Assembly (NCBI GenBank): GCA_964460575.1
Contig: CAYWQK010000001.1
Coordinates: 34,688 to 98,687, forward strand
Reading direction: 5' to 3'
DNA from: an uncultured Desulfovibrionaceae bacterium
Lineage (GTDB): Bacteria; Desulfobacterota; Desulfovibrionia; Desulfovibrionales; Desulfovibrionaceae
Length of the DNA stretch: 64,000 nt
A program made the translations under genes and the position numbers. This document shows, piece by piece, positions 27,852-37,234 of the stretch. Every line of letters begins with the position of its first letter. Positions within the stretch are counted from its first letter, which is position 1. A model generated the notes under the pieces. That model was given only the letters and a program-made list of their open reading frames with translations. It searched no databases and had not been told where the DNA came from.

Positions 27852-29489
27852 CTACCGGCATTGCGCAAAGATATCCTTATTTTTTTCATAGAGTTGGGTT
27901 TCTACTTCCATGAGTCCGAGAACAGAGTGGAAGACGTTGTCATGCGAATAGCTTTTACTTGCCGATTTATGCAGACACGGCATTTTCACGCCGAAGCCGC
28001 GGGCTGACTTTTCGGGTATCCACACCACCATGGGAATATGAATTTGCTCCTCAGGGGCGATAAGATACGGAAGTCCGTGCAGATACAGACCGTATTCGCC
28101 GAGTGACTCGCCATGGTCTGAAACATACAGCATCGCTACGTCATAATCCGAGCTGTATGCTGTTATTGCTTCCGCAACCTGCCCGAGGAAATAATCGGTG
28201 TATGCTATGGTATTGTCATAGGTGTTGACGATTTCTTCCTGTGAGCAGTTTTGAAGATCGGAGGACAGGCATTCCGGGCCGTAGCGTCTGAACTCTTTAG
28301 GGTACCTCAGATAATAGGCAGGGCCATGACTGCCTTGCTGATGCAGGACAAGAAAGATATTTTTGCCAGGCTTTGCTTCGGCCACTTTTTTATTAAGTTC
28401 CTTGAGTAGAATAGCATCGTAGCAGCCGCCGCTGTTGCAAACCCCCTCCAACGCGGCGTTATAGAGTTTTTCTTCTCCTACACGGTTAGCGACTCCTTTG
28501 GCTCCCCCGAGATCGTTGTCTCTCCAGATAACCTGTACCCCCGCTCTGTTCAGTACATCGACGAGATTTTCATATTCTTTTCCTTTTCTGTCGGTATATT
28601 CCGAACGCTGGAAGGAGGAAAACATACAGGGGAGGGAAACAGCCGTAGATGTACCGCAGGCTCTGACATCAAGGAAATTAACGACGTCAAGCTCTTTAAG
28701 CACGGGAGTTGTCTGCCGCATATAGCCGTTCAGCCCCCAGTTTTTTGCCCGTGCCGTTTCTCCAACAACAAGTACTACGATGCGGGGCTTGCCGGCATGC
28801 TCTCTCTGCTTGGCGTCAAGCCCTATGGCCTGTACAGTGATAGTTTTGTCCTGCCACTGGCTTTTTATTAGAGACAATCCCGCGCTTATGCAGTTGGCAG
28901 GGGTGATTAGCGTTCTGACTTCCTCATGCGAACGGAAAAAGGAGATGATGGATTTATACTGAAGGCAAAAACAAAAGCAGCCAATAGCAAGACATCCAGC
29001 CCCAAAGAATACGCGGCGGAGAAGTTCCCGCTTAAATGGCCGCCGTTCGATTTTTACAGTTATGGTGAGCAAAGTGGGAAAGAGTACGAAGAAAAAAACA
29101 TGGAAAAAGAGTGAAGCCGTAAAAAAGTCAGATGCTTCTTTCCAGTTTGTAAGCATTACGTTTACGAGCATGGACCTATCGATACGCACACCGAATGTAT
29201 CCATGAAATAGGAGGAAATTCCCGCAAGTAGAATCAGCAATACGGCAATAGGTTTTCCTACGTATCGGACCGTAACAATATTAAACAGCAGCGCGCAGCA
29301 ACACAGCAGAATAACCGCTAGCGCAACATAAAACACGAAACTTTTAGTTTCAAAAGCAATGCTTCCGTTTACAGCAGTCCAGAACGATTTATTGCAGCAT
29401 ATTGCGAGGTATATGGCGGCAATGCAGGAAAAGCGCGGAACGGAAAGGGACCATGACTGAAACGCACGTGGCAAGTTCCTTGGGTTCAT
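27852..29489 (-). CDS. eptA: phosphoethanolamine-lipid A transferase (EptA/PmrC/MCR family)
   Basis: 545 aa with five N-terminal TM helices and a sulfatase-like periplasmic domain. The nucleophile motif is VVGETARAKNWGLNGY, and VSDHGESLGEYGLYLHG is also present. Confidence 0.88.
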   Translation of the reverse strand: MNPRNLPRAFQSWSLSVPRFSCIAAIYLAICCNKSFWTAVNGSIAFETKSFVFYVALAVILLCCCALLFNIVTVRYVGKPIAVLLILLAGISSYFMDTFGVRIDRSMLVNVMLTNWKEASDFFTASLFFHVFFFVLFPTLLTITVKIERRPFKRELLRRVFFGAGCLAIGCFCFCLQYKSIISFFRSHEEVRTLITPANCISAGLSLIKSQWQDKTITVQAIGLDAKQREHAGKPRIVVLVVGETARAKNWGLNGYMRQTTPVLKELDVVNFLDVRACGTSTAVSLPCMFSSFQRSEYTDRKGKEYENLVDVLNRAGVQVIWRDNDLGGAKGVANRVGEEKLYNAALEGVCNSGGCYDAILLKELNKKVAEAKPGKNIFLVLHQQGSHGPAYYLRYPKEFRRYGPECLSSDLQNCSQEEIVNTYDNTIAYTDYFLGQVAEAITAYSSDYDVAMLYVSDHGESLGEYGLYLHGLPYLIAPEEQIHIPMVVWIPEKSARGFGVKMPCLHKSASKSYSHDNVFHSVLGLMEVETQLYEKNKDIFAQCR

Positions 29490-30193
29490 CAGTTTGGCTC
29501 CTTTCTTATATTTTCTTCATGAGCGAAACCCCACTGCCATCTGTTTGTGTCCATGCACAGTAAGAAATAATAAAAACAAATAATTACCAGACTGCCGAAA
29601 ACGATGCTCCCCAGAAGGTCCACAGGGTGATGCATTCCCAGCCATACACGGGAGAAGCCCATAAAACCGATGAGTAGAGAAAGATTGAAAGAAAGAATTC
29701 TGGAGTGATACCAAAATGCCAGCGGAAGAGCTGCTACAATGATGTGCACCGTGTGGCCCGATGGAAATGAAGCATATGAGTGAGAAGCCCAGGGATGGGG
29801 CGGCCATGGCACACAGGGGCGCGGCATGCCGAGACCGTATTTGATAAGCTGTAGCACTATGCAGAGGTATAAAACGGCTGCCGCAGCGTAACTCAGAGAA
29901 AATAAAATGCCGTGACTGTCTTTCGCGCGCCATGAACGAAGTAGGATAGCGGCGTAGATGCTGTCCAGAAAAAGATTCCCCCAGTCAGAGATACAATGCA
30001 TAAATACCGTGACGGTAGGGCTTGATTCCCGAAGTTCCCTGAACGAATCGCTTACAACGGTCCCCCATATTCCATAGCGGGAAATAATGGCACAGGTAAT
30101 AAGCATAAGGGGAACAAGCAGCACGGCATGTTCCAACCATGGGTAATTTTTAAAAAAAATACGGAATGAAACTTTATGCATAATAAACTCCAT
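29489..30193 (-). CDS. PAP2-family lipid phosphatase
   Basis: Multi-TM ORF with PAP2 motifs (KYGLGMPRP, PSGHTVH, SRVWLGMHHPVDLL). Its stop codon overlaps the eptA ATG (TGATG). The start is uncertain (30193, 30181 or up to 30304). Confidence 0.8.
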   Translation of the reverse strand: MEFIMHKVSFRIFFKNYPWLEHAVLLVPLMLITCAIISRYGIWGTVVSDSFRELRESSPTVTVFMHCISDWGNLFLDSIYAAILLRSWRAKDSHGILFSLSYAAAAVLYLCIVLQLIKYGLGMPRPCVPWPPHPWASHSYASFPSGHTVHIIVAALPLAFWYHSRILSFNLSLLIGFMGFSRVWLGMHHPVDLLGSIVFGSLVIICFYYFLLCMDTNRWQWGFAHEENIRKEPN

Positions 30194-30631
30194 GACGTAT
30201 GAACGACGTAGTCGTGAGTCATGGAGTATTCGTTGAAACTTAGCTGAAAATGAGCAGAAGGCTTTTCCAGGGAAAAAATCGGTCCTGAAGCAATTTTCCG
30301 CCAAAATACGAAGAGTCAGAGAACGGTTTATTAATCAGTAGCGGAGGAATGAAGGAACGCAACCATAAAGGTTAATTCGCATCAAGGAAGTGCGGAAGCC
30401 TATGCGTTCTAGATAACGGGCGATTGGCTGCCGAAACCAGCCAGCGCAAAAGAACATTTAAAATGTATCGCTGCCTTCAGCGGCGGTATGGGGCGGGATA
30501 GGATCCCGCTACCCCAGCGGCGTTCAGAAGCAGCTTTTCCGGCCTGTCTAGCTCCGCCAGTTCTCCCGGGCCCGTACTCCGGGATACGAGAACGCCATTT
30601 TTTTTATGGATAGTATTTATAGCGTCTGCTG

Positions 30632-31453
30632 TTAGCGTATGAATAACCACCAGACGAGGGGGGCGAGCAAGAGCCTGTACCAGGCAAAGGGGCGCAGTGT
30701 GAGGCGGCCCATCAGAGTAATGAAGGTTTTTACTGCCAGCCAGGCAAAAAGGAATGAAAAGGCGAAGCCCGCTGCGAAAAAGGGAATATCTTGTGCGGAG
30801 AAGCTATGCAGGTTTTTCAAAATGTCGTAGCCGGTTGCCGCCAGCATGAGCGGCACAGCGGCGATAAAGGAATATTCCGCGGCCGCGCTTCTGCGCATGC
30901 CAAGCAGCATTCCGCCCATGATGGTTGCGGCTGAGCGGGAAAAGCCAGGCCACAGAGCCAGGCACTGGAAAAATCCTATGCCTAGAGCAAGGCAGGGGGG
31001 TATGGCGTCAAGCGAGGAGAAGCGTTCCTTCCGCCGCGGGGCAAGCCATTCGGTTAGGAGCATGCAGAGCGCTCCCGCAACAAGAGCCAACGCCACAGTT
31101 TTCGGGGAAAAGAGTTTTTTTATGCGGCTATGTAGGAGCAGTCCGAATACAGAGGGCGGTAGCGTAGTGAGGAAAAGTAGCCACAAGCCTCTAAGTCCGC
31201 TTAATCCCGCTTTTAGGTTGCAGCTTCTGCAGGACCACAGTCCGCACGCAAGGCCAGTAAAACGGTGCCGGTAAAGCACGGCAACGGCAAGGATGGCGCC
31301 GAGCTGGATGGTCACCTCAAAAACAGAAGCCGTCTCCCCGCGGAATCCGAGAATTTCTCCTGCGATAATGAGATGTCCCGTAGACGAAACCGGCAGGAAT
31401 TCCGTTAATCCTTCCACAGTGCCAAGGATAAGGGCGAGGAGAAACCAGTTCAT
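30632..31453 (-). CDS. uppP: undecaprenyl-diphosphate phosphatase
   Basis: Canonical N-terminus MNWFLLALILGTVEGLTEFLPVSSTGHLII and a later SRSAATI motif. The 108-codon upstream extension of the ORF was rejected. Confidence 0.9.
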   Translation of the reverse strand: MNWFLLALILGTVEGLTEFLPVSSTGHLIIAGEILGFRGETASVFEVTIQLGAILAVAVLYRHRFTGLACGLWSCRSCNLKAGLSGLRGLWLLFLTTLPPSVFGLLLHSRIKKLFSPKTVALALVAGALCMLLTEWLAPRRKERFSSLDAIPPCLALGIGFFQCLALWPGFSRSAATIMGGMLLGMRRSAAAEYSFIAAVPLMLAATGYDILKNLHSFSAQDIPFFAAGFAFSFLFAWLAVKTFITLMGRLTLRPFAWYRLLLAPLVWWLFIR

Positions 31454-31616
31454 GCTTTGCTCCTGATATACTCGATGCTGGTGGAAGCGGGGAAAGGTTT
31501 TTGGCGGCGAGGCCCGGGGCAATATCCGGGCCTGTGGCGGCCGGAAGGGAAGGCATGCATAAAAATCCTTTTGAAAATGCGGTTTCTTGAGCGGAGTGGC
31601 GTGCGCCCGCTTGTGT

Positions 31617-32084
31617 TTATGCCAAAGGACTTGTAGGTTCTTTTGAGAGGAGCGCGGATGAATCCGAGGGCTTGAGCTTTTGAGCAAGCTGTTCAGGCAG
31701 GCGCACAGGCCGGCCTTCGGCGTTTGTGCAGGCGTGGCGCGTGCTGCCTTCGGCAAGGAGTAGGGTCCGCGAAGCATCGTAAAGGCGATAGATAAAGGTC
31801 AGCGAGGCGCGCCCCAGCTCGGAAATACCTGCGTGGACCGCAATCAGGTCATCGTACCTCGCGGGGTGCCGGTAGCGGCACCATGCCTCGGTCACGGGAA
31901 AGAAGAAGCCGCCTTTTTCCACGGCGTTGTAATCAATGCCAAGGCTGCGCAGGTATGCGCCGCGGCTCCGTTCAAAGATATGCAGGTATTCTGCGTGGTA
32001 GACAAAACCCATGGCATCGGTTTCTCCGTAGGAAACGCGGTGCTCCAGCCATACGTCAGGTGTTGGAAAGGTATCGTTGTGCAT
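31617..32084 (-). CDS. YbgC/4HBT-family acyl-CoA thioesterase
   Basis: Hotdog-fold signature (RVSYGETDAMGFVYHAEYLHIFERSR). Confidence 0.8.
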   Translation of the reverse strand: MHNDTFPTPDVWLEHRVSYGETDAMGFVYHAEYLHIFERSRGAYLRSLGIDYNAVEKGGFFFPVTEAWCRYRHPARYDDLIAVHAGISELGRASLTFIYRLYDASRTLLLAEGSTRHACTNAEGRPVRLPEQLAQKLKPSDSSALLSKEPTSPLA

Positions 32085-32102
32085 AAGAAAATTTTTGCTA
32101 GA

Positions 32103-33260
32103 ATGATTGTTTTGGCGCTGTCTTGCCTGCTTAGCGGCTGCGCTGGGCGGCAGGCCGCCATGTTTGTTGAAGAATCGGCAGCCGCTTCCCTTAATGCTTC
32201 ACGGGGGCTGCAGGCTTCAGGGCAAGGGCTTTCTTCCTGGATGGAACTTGCGCCGGCGTTGCAGGCAAGCCTCAGCTATGTGGAAAGCCGCGAGCAGGAT
32301 GAAATCGCTCTTTCCCAGGATACGTTGGCGGTAACTTGGGGGGAATTGGCCAGTTCTCTGCGCGAGCTTAACACGCTGCTGCCAAGGATCGGTGAGGAGC
32401 CTGAGCTCTTAGCTGAGCGTTTTCAGCTTGTGCGCCTTAGGCAGGGTGCGCGCTTTTCGGGGTACTACACCCCTGAGCTCAAGGCAAGCCGTATCCGCAG
32501 AGGCGCCTACCGTTACCCGCTTTATCAGCGTCCGGATGATCTGCACGTGGCTACGCTTGGCATGTTTGCCCCGGAGCTTATCGGCGCTCGCCTTGTGTAC
32601 CGCTTAAGCCCAGATGGCGATCTTCTGCCCTACTATACCCGCGCAGAAATAGAAAGCGGCGTGCTCCGTGGTCAGGAAATCGCCTGGGCCAGAGATCCTG
32701 TGGATGTTTTTTTCCTGCAGGTGCAGGGGTCCGGCCGCGTCCGGTTTGTAGATGGCAGCACGACTAACATTTTATATGACGGTGACAATGGTCGTCCCTA
32801 TACGGGACTTGGGCGCTATATGGCCGATCTGGGGCTTATTGATCCGGATCACATTACCATGCAAAGTATCCGTGCCTGGCTACGCAAGCATCCTGATCAA
32901 CGCGATGCCATGCTGCAGAAAAACGAGCGTTTTGTTTTTTTCCGGCTGGATGACAGCAACATTGTGGGCACAATGGCCAGCCCGCTGACACCATATGTAA
33001 GCCTGGCAACAGACCGTACTGTTGTGCCCTTGGGGGCTCCCGTGCTTTTCCGCGTGCCTTTTTCCCATTCGGATGAGACGGGCGAACGCCAATTTGCGCC
33101 GGTGCCGCTTACGGGCTTGGGCTTTGCTCAGGATACAGGCGGCAACATCAAGGGACGCCGTGTTGATATTTTTTGCGGTTTTGGCGAAAAAGCGGCTTCA
33201 GAGGCTGGCCGTTTGAATACGCGCGGCGATGTTTGGCTGCTGCTGCCACGCAGACGCTAA
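32103..33260 (+). CDS. mltA: membrane-bound lytic murein transglycosylase A
   Basis: Lipobox (LALSCLLSGCAG), MltA core blocks (FFLQVQGSGRV, YTGLGRYM) and a C-terminal 3D domain (AQDTGGNIKGRRVDIFCGFG). The start is set at the lipoprotein Met. Confidence 0.88.
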   Translation: MIVLALSCLLSGCAGRQAAMFVEESAAASLNASRGLQASGQGLSSWMELAPALQASLSYVESREQDEIALSQDTLAVTWGELASSLRELNTLLPRIGEEPELLAERFQLVRLRQGARFSGYYTPELKASRIRRGAYRYPLYQRPDDLHVATLGMFAPELIGARLVYRLSPDGDLLPYYTRAEIESGVLRGQEIAWARDPVDVFFLQVQGSGRVRFVDGSTTNILYDGDNGRPYTGLGRYMADLGLIDPDHITMQSIRAWLRKHPDQRDAMLQKNERFVFFRLDDSNIVGTMASPLTPYVSLATDRTVVPLGAPVLFRVPFSHSDETGERQFAPVPLTGLGFAQDTGGNIKGRRVDIFCGFGEKAASEAGRLNTRGDVWLLLPRRR

Positions 33261-33340
33261 GTTTTGGCTTTGGGCGTTTTCTTTTGGGTAGGACGCGATC
33301 GGCAATACGTTTTGGGCATATTTTTTTTCACGGAGGGGGT

Positions 33341-34153
33341 ATGCAGGATATAAAAGGCACTGGTTTTGCCGGCTTTCAGGCGACTGGGCTGGAGGAGCCT
33401 GGCTTGGGTGATATTATTGACCTTGTGGAGATTATTCCCGGCAGCCTCGATCCCCTTTCCCTCGAGCCGCAGGGAGCAAATGGCGCGCCTGCGTTGAATC
33501 GGGATGAAAACTCCCTTGTTTTGACAAAGCACAGTGATCCGCAGTTCGATGCCGCAGGCGGATCTCACTTAGGGGCTGCGAAAAGCCGGAGCGTCATACC
33601 GGAACTGGCGGATCCTGCGCCCGATTCGGAAAAGCCGGTAGACTTGCTACACCTTGCGGATCCCCTGCCTGAACAGGAGCCGCTGGCGCCTAGTCCCGCC
33701 CGCTATAACGAGGGCTCTTTGCGTATTGACGAAGACATACCGTTGCCGCAGGCAGCCGCAGAGCGGCAGGAAGAGAAACAGCAGAAGGCTGAGAGTTTGG
33801 CTTGGCAAACGGCTCAAAAGGTGCCTTGCGAAAACGTGCAGCCTGTGAATGTTGAATCCAGGATAGACGCTCTGGAAGATCGTCTGACGCTTTTGGAAGT
33901 ACGTATGGAGGCCAGACTGAATGCTTTTTCCTCTTCTTTTGATCCAGCGCTGGAAGAAATACGGAGTGCGCTTGGCGTGGTGAAAAAGCGGCAGGACGCG
34001 TTGTTTTCTGAAGAAGGGGCGCAGGACTTTTTTTTGAGGATACAGCCCGATGTTGAACGCGCCGCGGCCCGTTCGGCCACCCAAGCCTTGCGGGAGGAAT
34101 TATCGCAGCTTCTGGAGCTGCACAAGAAGGCGCCTAAAAAGCCGCCTTTCTGA
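33341..34153 (+). CDS. acidic, Pro-rich hypothetical protein with a C-terminal coiled-coil-like region
   Basis: A GGAGGGGG RBS lies immediately upstream of ATG 33341. 270 aa, with no recognisable domain. Confidence 0.6.
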   Translation: MQDIKGTGFAGFQATGLEEPGLGDIIDLVEIIPGSLDPLSLEPQGANGAPALNRDENSLVLTKHSDPQFDAAGGSHLGAAKSRSVIPELADPAPDSEKPVDLLHLADPLPEQEPLAPSPARYNEGSLRIDEDIPLPQAAAERQEEKQQKAESLAWQTAQKVPCENVQPVNVESRIDALEDRLTLLEVRMEARLNAFSSSFDPALEEIRSALGVVKKRQDALFSEEGAQDFFLRIQPDVERAAARSATQALREELSQLLELHKKAPKKPPF

Positions 34154-34281
34154 TTTATCGAATAGAATAGAAGAGGATTTTTACGCGGTTAAGCGGGTAT
34201 GATTGCCTGCAGGGTAATTGCAATGCGGGGGGAACACCGGATTTGGCGCTTCCCCCCGCAGTATTTTTGGGGGAGGGGGAA

Positions 34282-35715
34282 TCAGCACTTCATTTCAGAG
34301 TCGTCAGCTGGCATGGAGCGTCCTTTCACCGCAAAAAGAATGAAAAGAAGCACTGCGAGGCCAATCCCAATATAGGTGGAGATATTCATGTCCATGTTGA
34401 GGCCGATTTTTGCATTGCAAATGAAAGAGGTGACCACGACGGTCATGAAAACAGCCGGCAGAGTCGTGATCCAGTGGCAGCGCTTTCGGCGGGCAAGGTA
34501 CACGGATCCGGCCCACAAGGCCACGCAGGCCATGGTCTGGTTGGCCCAGCCGAAGTAGCGCCAGATGATGTTGAAATCTATAAGCGTCAACCCAATGCCT
34601 ACGGCAAAAAGCGGAATCGACAGCGTGATGCGGTTTTTAATGGGGCTCTGATCAAGTTTGAAGGTATCCGCCAGGAGCATTCTCGCGCTGCGGAAGGCGG
34701 TGTCGCCGGTCGAAATGGGCAGGATAACAACGCCCAGTACAGCCAGAATACCGCCGAACTTGCCTAGGAGATCGATAGAGATGTTTTTGACAACAACAGG
34801 AGCAGGACCGGCGGCGGCCAGATCTTCAGGCGACGGGTAGAAGGAAAGACCGAGTGTGACCCAGATCAAGCCGATAATGCCTTCCGCGATCATGGCGCCG
34901 TAAAAGAAGAGGCGGCCATGTTTTTCATTGCTCATGCAGCGGGCCATCATGGGCGATTGTGTGGCATGGAAGCCGCTGATGGCGCCGCAGGCAATGACGA
35001 TGAAAAGCCCTGGCCAGATGGGCAGGCCCTTTGGATGGGTGCTGGCAAAAAATTTGGCGGGTTCGATGCCCGGCAGCAGTTTGTAGCCCTGGAAGATGAG
35101 TGCGCCTATGAGGCCTGCTGCCATAAAGATCAGCAACGCCGCGAAGAAGGGGTAGATGCGGCCAATAATCACGTCAATAGGCAGGATAGTGGCGCAGATA
35201 TAGTAAATGAAGATGGCGGCTGACCAGTATGGCAGGGAAAATGGCGTCATGCTGGCAAGAATAGCCGCAGGTCCTGTAACAAAAACAGCCCCTACGAGGA
35301 TGAGGAAGAGTACGGTATAGCCTTCCATGAATTTGCGCACGCCGCTGCCCAAATTGCGCCCGATGACTTCAGGGTAGGAGGCCCCGCCGTAGCGCAGAGA
35401 AATCATGCCGGAAACATAGTCGTGGACGGCTCCGGCGAAAATGCAGCCGAACACGACCCACAGCAATGCCGCGGGTCCGTACAGAGCGCCGACTATCGGG
35501 CCGAAGACCGGACCCAGTCCGGCGATATTTAACAGCTGGATAAAAAAGATTTTCCAAGGTGGAAGGTGAACGTAGTCCATGCCGTCGGCTTTGCTTTGCA
35601 CGGGCGTTGGCCTGCGCACGTCAGCGCCGAACACCCGTTCCGCCAGCATGCCGTAGATGGCGTAGCCCGCAATAAGCAAGACAACGCAGCACAGGAAATA
35701 CCAGAGGCCGTTCAT
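34282..35715 (-). CDS. cstA: carbon starvation protein A family transporter (short form)
   Basis: Multi-TM ORF with CstA blocks (AGLGPVFGPIVGALYGP, AGAVHDY, ACGAISGFHATQSPMMARC). Confidence 0.85.
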   Translation of the reverse strand: MNGLWYFLCCVVLLIAGYAIYGMLAERVFGADVRRPTPVQSKADGMDYVHLPPWKIFFIQLLNIAGLGPVFGPIVGALYGPAALLWVVFGCIFAGAVHDYVSGMISLRYGGASYPEVIGRNLGSGVRKFMEGYTVLFLILVGAVFVTGPAAILASMTPFSLPYWSAAIFIYYICATILPIDVIIGRIYPFFAALLIFMAAGLIGALIFQGYKLLPGIEPAKFFASTHPKGLPIWPGLFIVIACGAISGFHATQSPMMARCMSNEKHGRLFFYGAMIAEGIIGLIWVTLGLSFYPSPEDLAAAGPAPVVVKNISIDLLGKFGGILAVLGVVILPISTGDTAFRSARMLLADTFKLDQSPIKNRITLSIPLFAVGIGLTLIDFNIIWRYFGWANQTMACVALWAGSVYLARRKRCHWITTLPAVFMTVVVTSFICNAKIGLNMDMNISTYIGIGLAVLLFILFAVKGRSMPADDSEMKC

Positions 35716-35782
35716 TGTTTTGTCCTTCGCAAAAGCGTTTGAATGTGGATCCGGAGCATGCCGGATGATGCCTGCATGATGC

Positions 35783-35815
35783 AAGAAAGGGCATCCCCGT
35801 TGCGCAGGGATGCCC
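35783..35815 (-). terminator. rho-independent terminator after ddh
   Basis: A perfect 9-bp GC-rich stem (gggcatccc / gggatgccc) followed by TTTCTT on the minus strand. Confidence 0.65.
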
Positions 35816-35840
35816 CTTGTAAGAAGCAAAAGCCCGTGCG

Positions 35841-36770
35841 CTAGACGAGGCGGACGACATTAGCCATGCGGTCGCCGGGAAGGAGCTTGACGGGCGGAAT
35901 ATCAATGAGCGTGTACGATCCTATGCAGCCTTCGGCTTTCATCCGGGTGGCAGCGCGGGCGCAGGAAACCAAGACCTGAGCCGTCAGCGCTGGGTTGTTG
36001 ATGCGCATGTCAAAGCTGAGGTGCTGGTTGGAGGTCAGCCCGGAAGCGCCGACTCTTTCCAGTAAGACACCGTGGGATGCATCGGCTACGAAAGGCATTT
36101 CTTCTTTTGTCACCTGGCGTACTTCCAAAGGGTCTGAAGCAAAGTAGGGGTCGGCCTTGATAGCGGCTGTTACCGCGTCAAGGGCGGCTCCCTCTTCAAG
36201 CACCACGTATACGAGGCGGGAGTGGCGCCCTCCGCCAAGGGGAATCGTGATGGAGGTCGCGTCGGCGACGCCGGGGATGGCGCGCGCGGCGACAGAATGC
36301 CCCATGGAACGGCCGCGGCCAAAATTGGTGAAGGAGGTGCCAGAAGGCACCATGGCTTCAAAGAGGGCGCGGACTACGGAGTCCGTGCCTGGATCCCAGC
36401 CGGCGGCGGTAATAGCAACTGCGTTGCCGGATTTGGCCGCTGCGTCCAGCGTGCCGACGACTTCCGCCATGCGGGTGTGGATATCAAAGCTGTCTACCGT
36501 ACAGAATCCTTCCTTGAGAAAAGCAGAGGCAGTAGAGGGCACCAGCCTGGATGGCGAGCAGACAATAACGGCATCCGGCCGTCCGGATGCGGTCACAAGG
36601 TCATCCATGGAAGCAAAGTCGGGTATGCCGCGCAGGGCAAGCGGAGAATTCCCGAGGGATTTTTTTCGCCTGAGAACGCCCAGACAGCGGCAGTCAGGCG
36701 CGCTTTCTATCGCTTCAAGGGTATACTGTCCTATGTTTCCAAGACCGCAGACGGCAACAGAAAAGGCCAT
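35841..36770 (-). CDS. ddh: meso-diaminopimelate D-dehydrogenase
   Basis: 309 aa with an N-terminal Rossmann motif (VAVCGLGNIG). Blocks match Ddh family members: AITAAGWDPGTDS, FGRGRSMGHS, IPGV and the C-terminal NPALTAQVLV...ARAA. Confidence 0.75.
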   Translation of the reverse strand: MAFSVAVCGLGNIGQYTLEAIESAPDCRCLGVLRRKKSLGNSPLALRGIPDFASMDDLVTASGRPDAVIVCSPSRLVPSTASAFLKEGFCTVDSFDIHTRMAEVVGTLDAAAKSGNAVAITAAGWDPGTDSVVRALFEAMVPSGTSFTNFGRGRSMGHSVAARAIPGVADATSITIPLGGGRHSRLVYVVLEEGAALDAVTAAIKADPYFASDPLEVRQVTKEEMPFVADASHGVLLERVGASGLTSNQHLSFDMRINNPALTAQVLVSCARAATRMKAEGCIGSYTLIDIPPVKLLPGDRMANVVRLV

Positions 36771-37234
36771 TGGTTTGCTCCTTTTTACAACAAAATGGGA
36801 TGTCTTAAAGTATGCTGATTTTTTTTTGCATGCAAGAGGTTGTATTGGACTTTTTCATTGGAGAGCGAAACAGGGGCTCGGCGTGCGCACAGTGAATTAG
36901 AGCGCAGAGCAATTGCCCCCCAAGTATTTCCTTGTAAGACAAGCCGGATACTTGCCCGTATATTTTCCCTTTTAACTGATGTTCAGCGACCTCACCGGGC
37001 TTGCCTTGATAGTCTGTAAGCGCCTTGCCGCACGGGTCCGCGTCCGTTGCAGCCGACGTTTGTTTTTGCCCGTCGGAATTTTAAGATTTGTGGGAGAACG
37101 TAGGGAGATTTGATAGGATTAAATAATTGGTTGTAAGAAAAAGGGTTGCTATAAAATTTAGGTGATTTTTTTGAGGGGGGGGGCGTGAATGGTGAACAGG
37201 GGAATGGGCAGAGCACGCAGGCCGGAGCAGACGG

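Noticed and set aside
30305-30631. Direct repeat of the tRNA-Glu 3' end that would mark the far border (attR) of an integrated island.
   Set aside because: Only a weak resemblance was found (ccccagcggcgttcagaa versus cagcggttcaaatcc), with no convincing match of 15 nt or more. No integrase gene is present.
30632-31777. 381-aa version of the uppP ORF. There are analogous long N-terminal extensions for eno (to 50735), mltA (from 31833), cstA (to 35829), polA (from 14715), dnaB (to 38907) and rsmB (to 57324).
   Set aside because: The family-typical N-termini begin at internal Met codons preceded by good Shine-Dalgarno sequences. The extensions are basic and Pro-rich with no homology, and some overlap neighbouring genes.
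36771-37234. Lysine (L-box) riboswitch upstream of ddh.
   Set aside because: The ~460-nt leader lacks the conserved L-box elements I can recall (AGAGGNGC, GAAAGGGG, GUCGCCGAAG-like blocks). I saw only generic hairpins.
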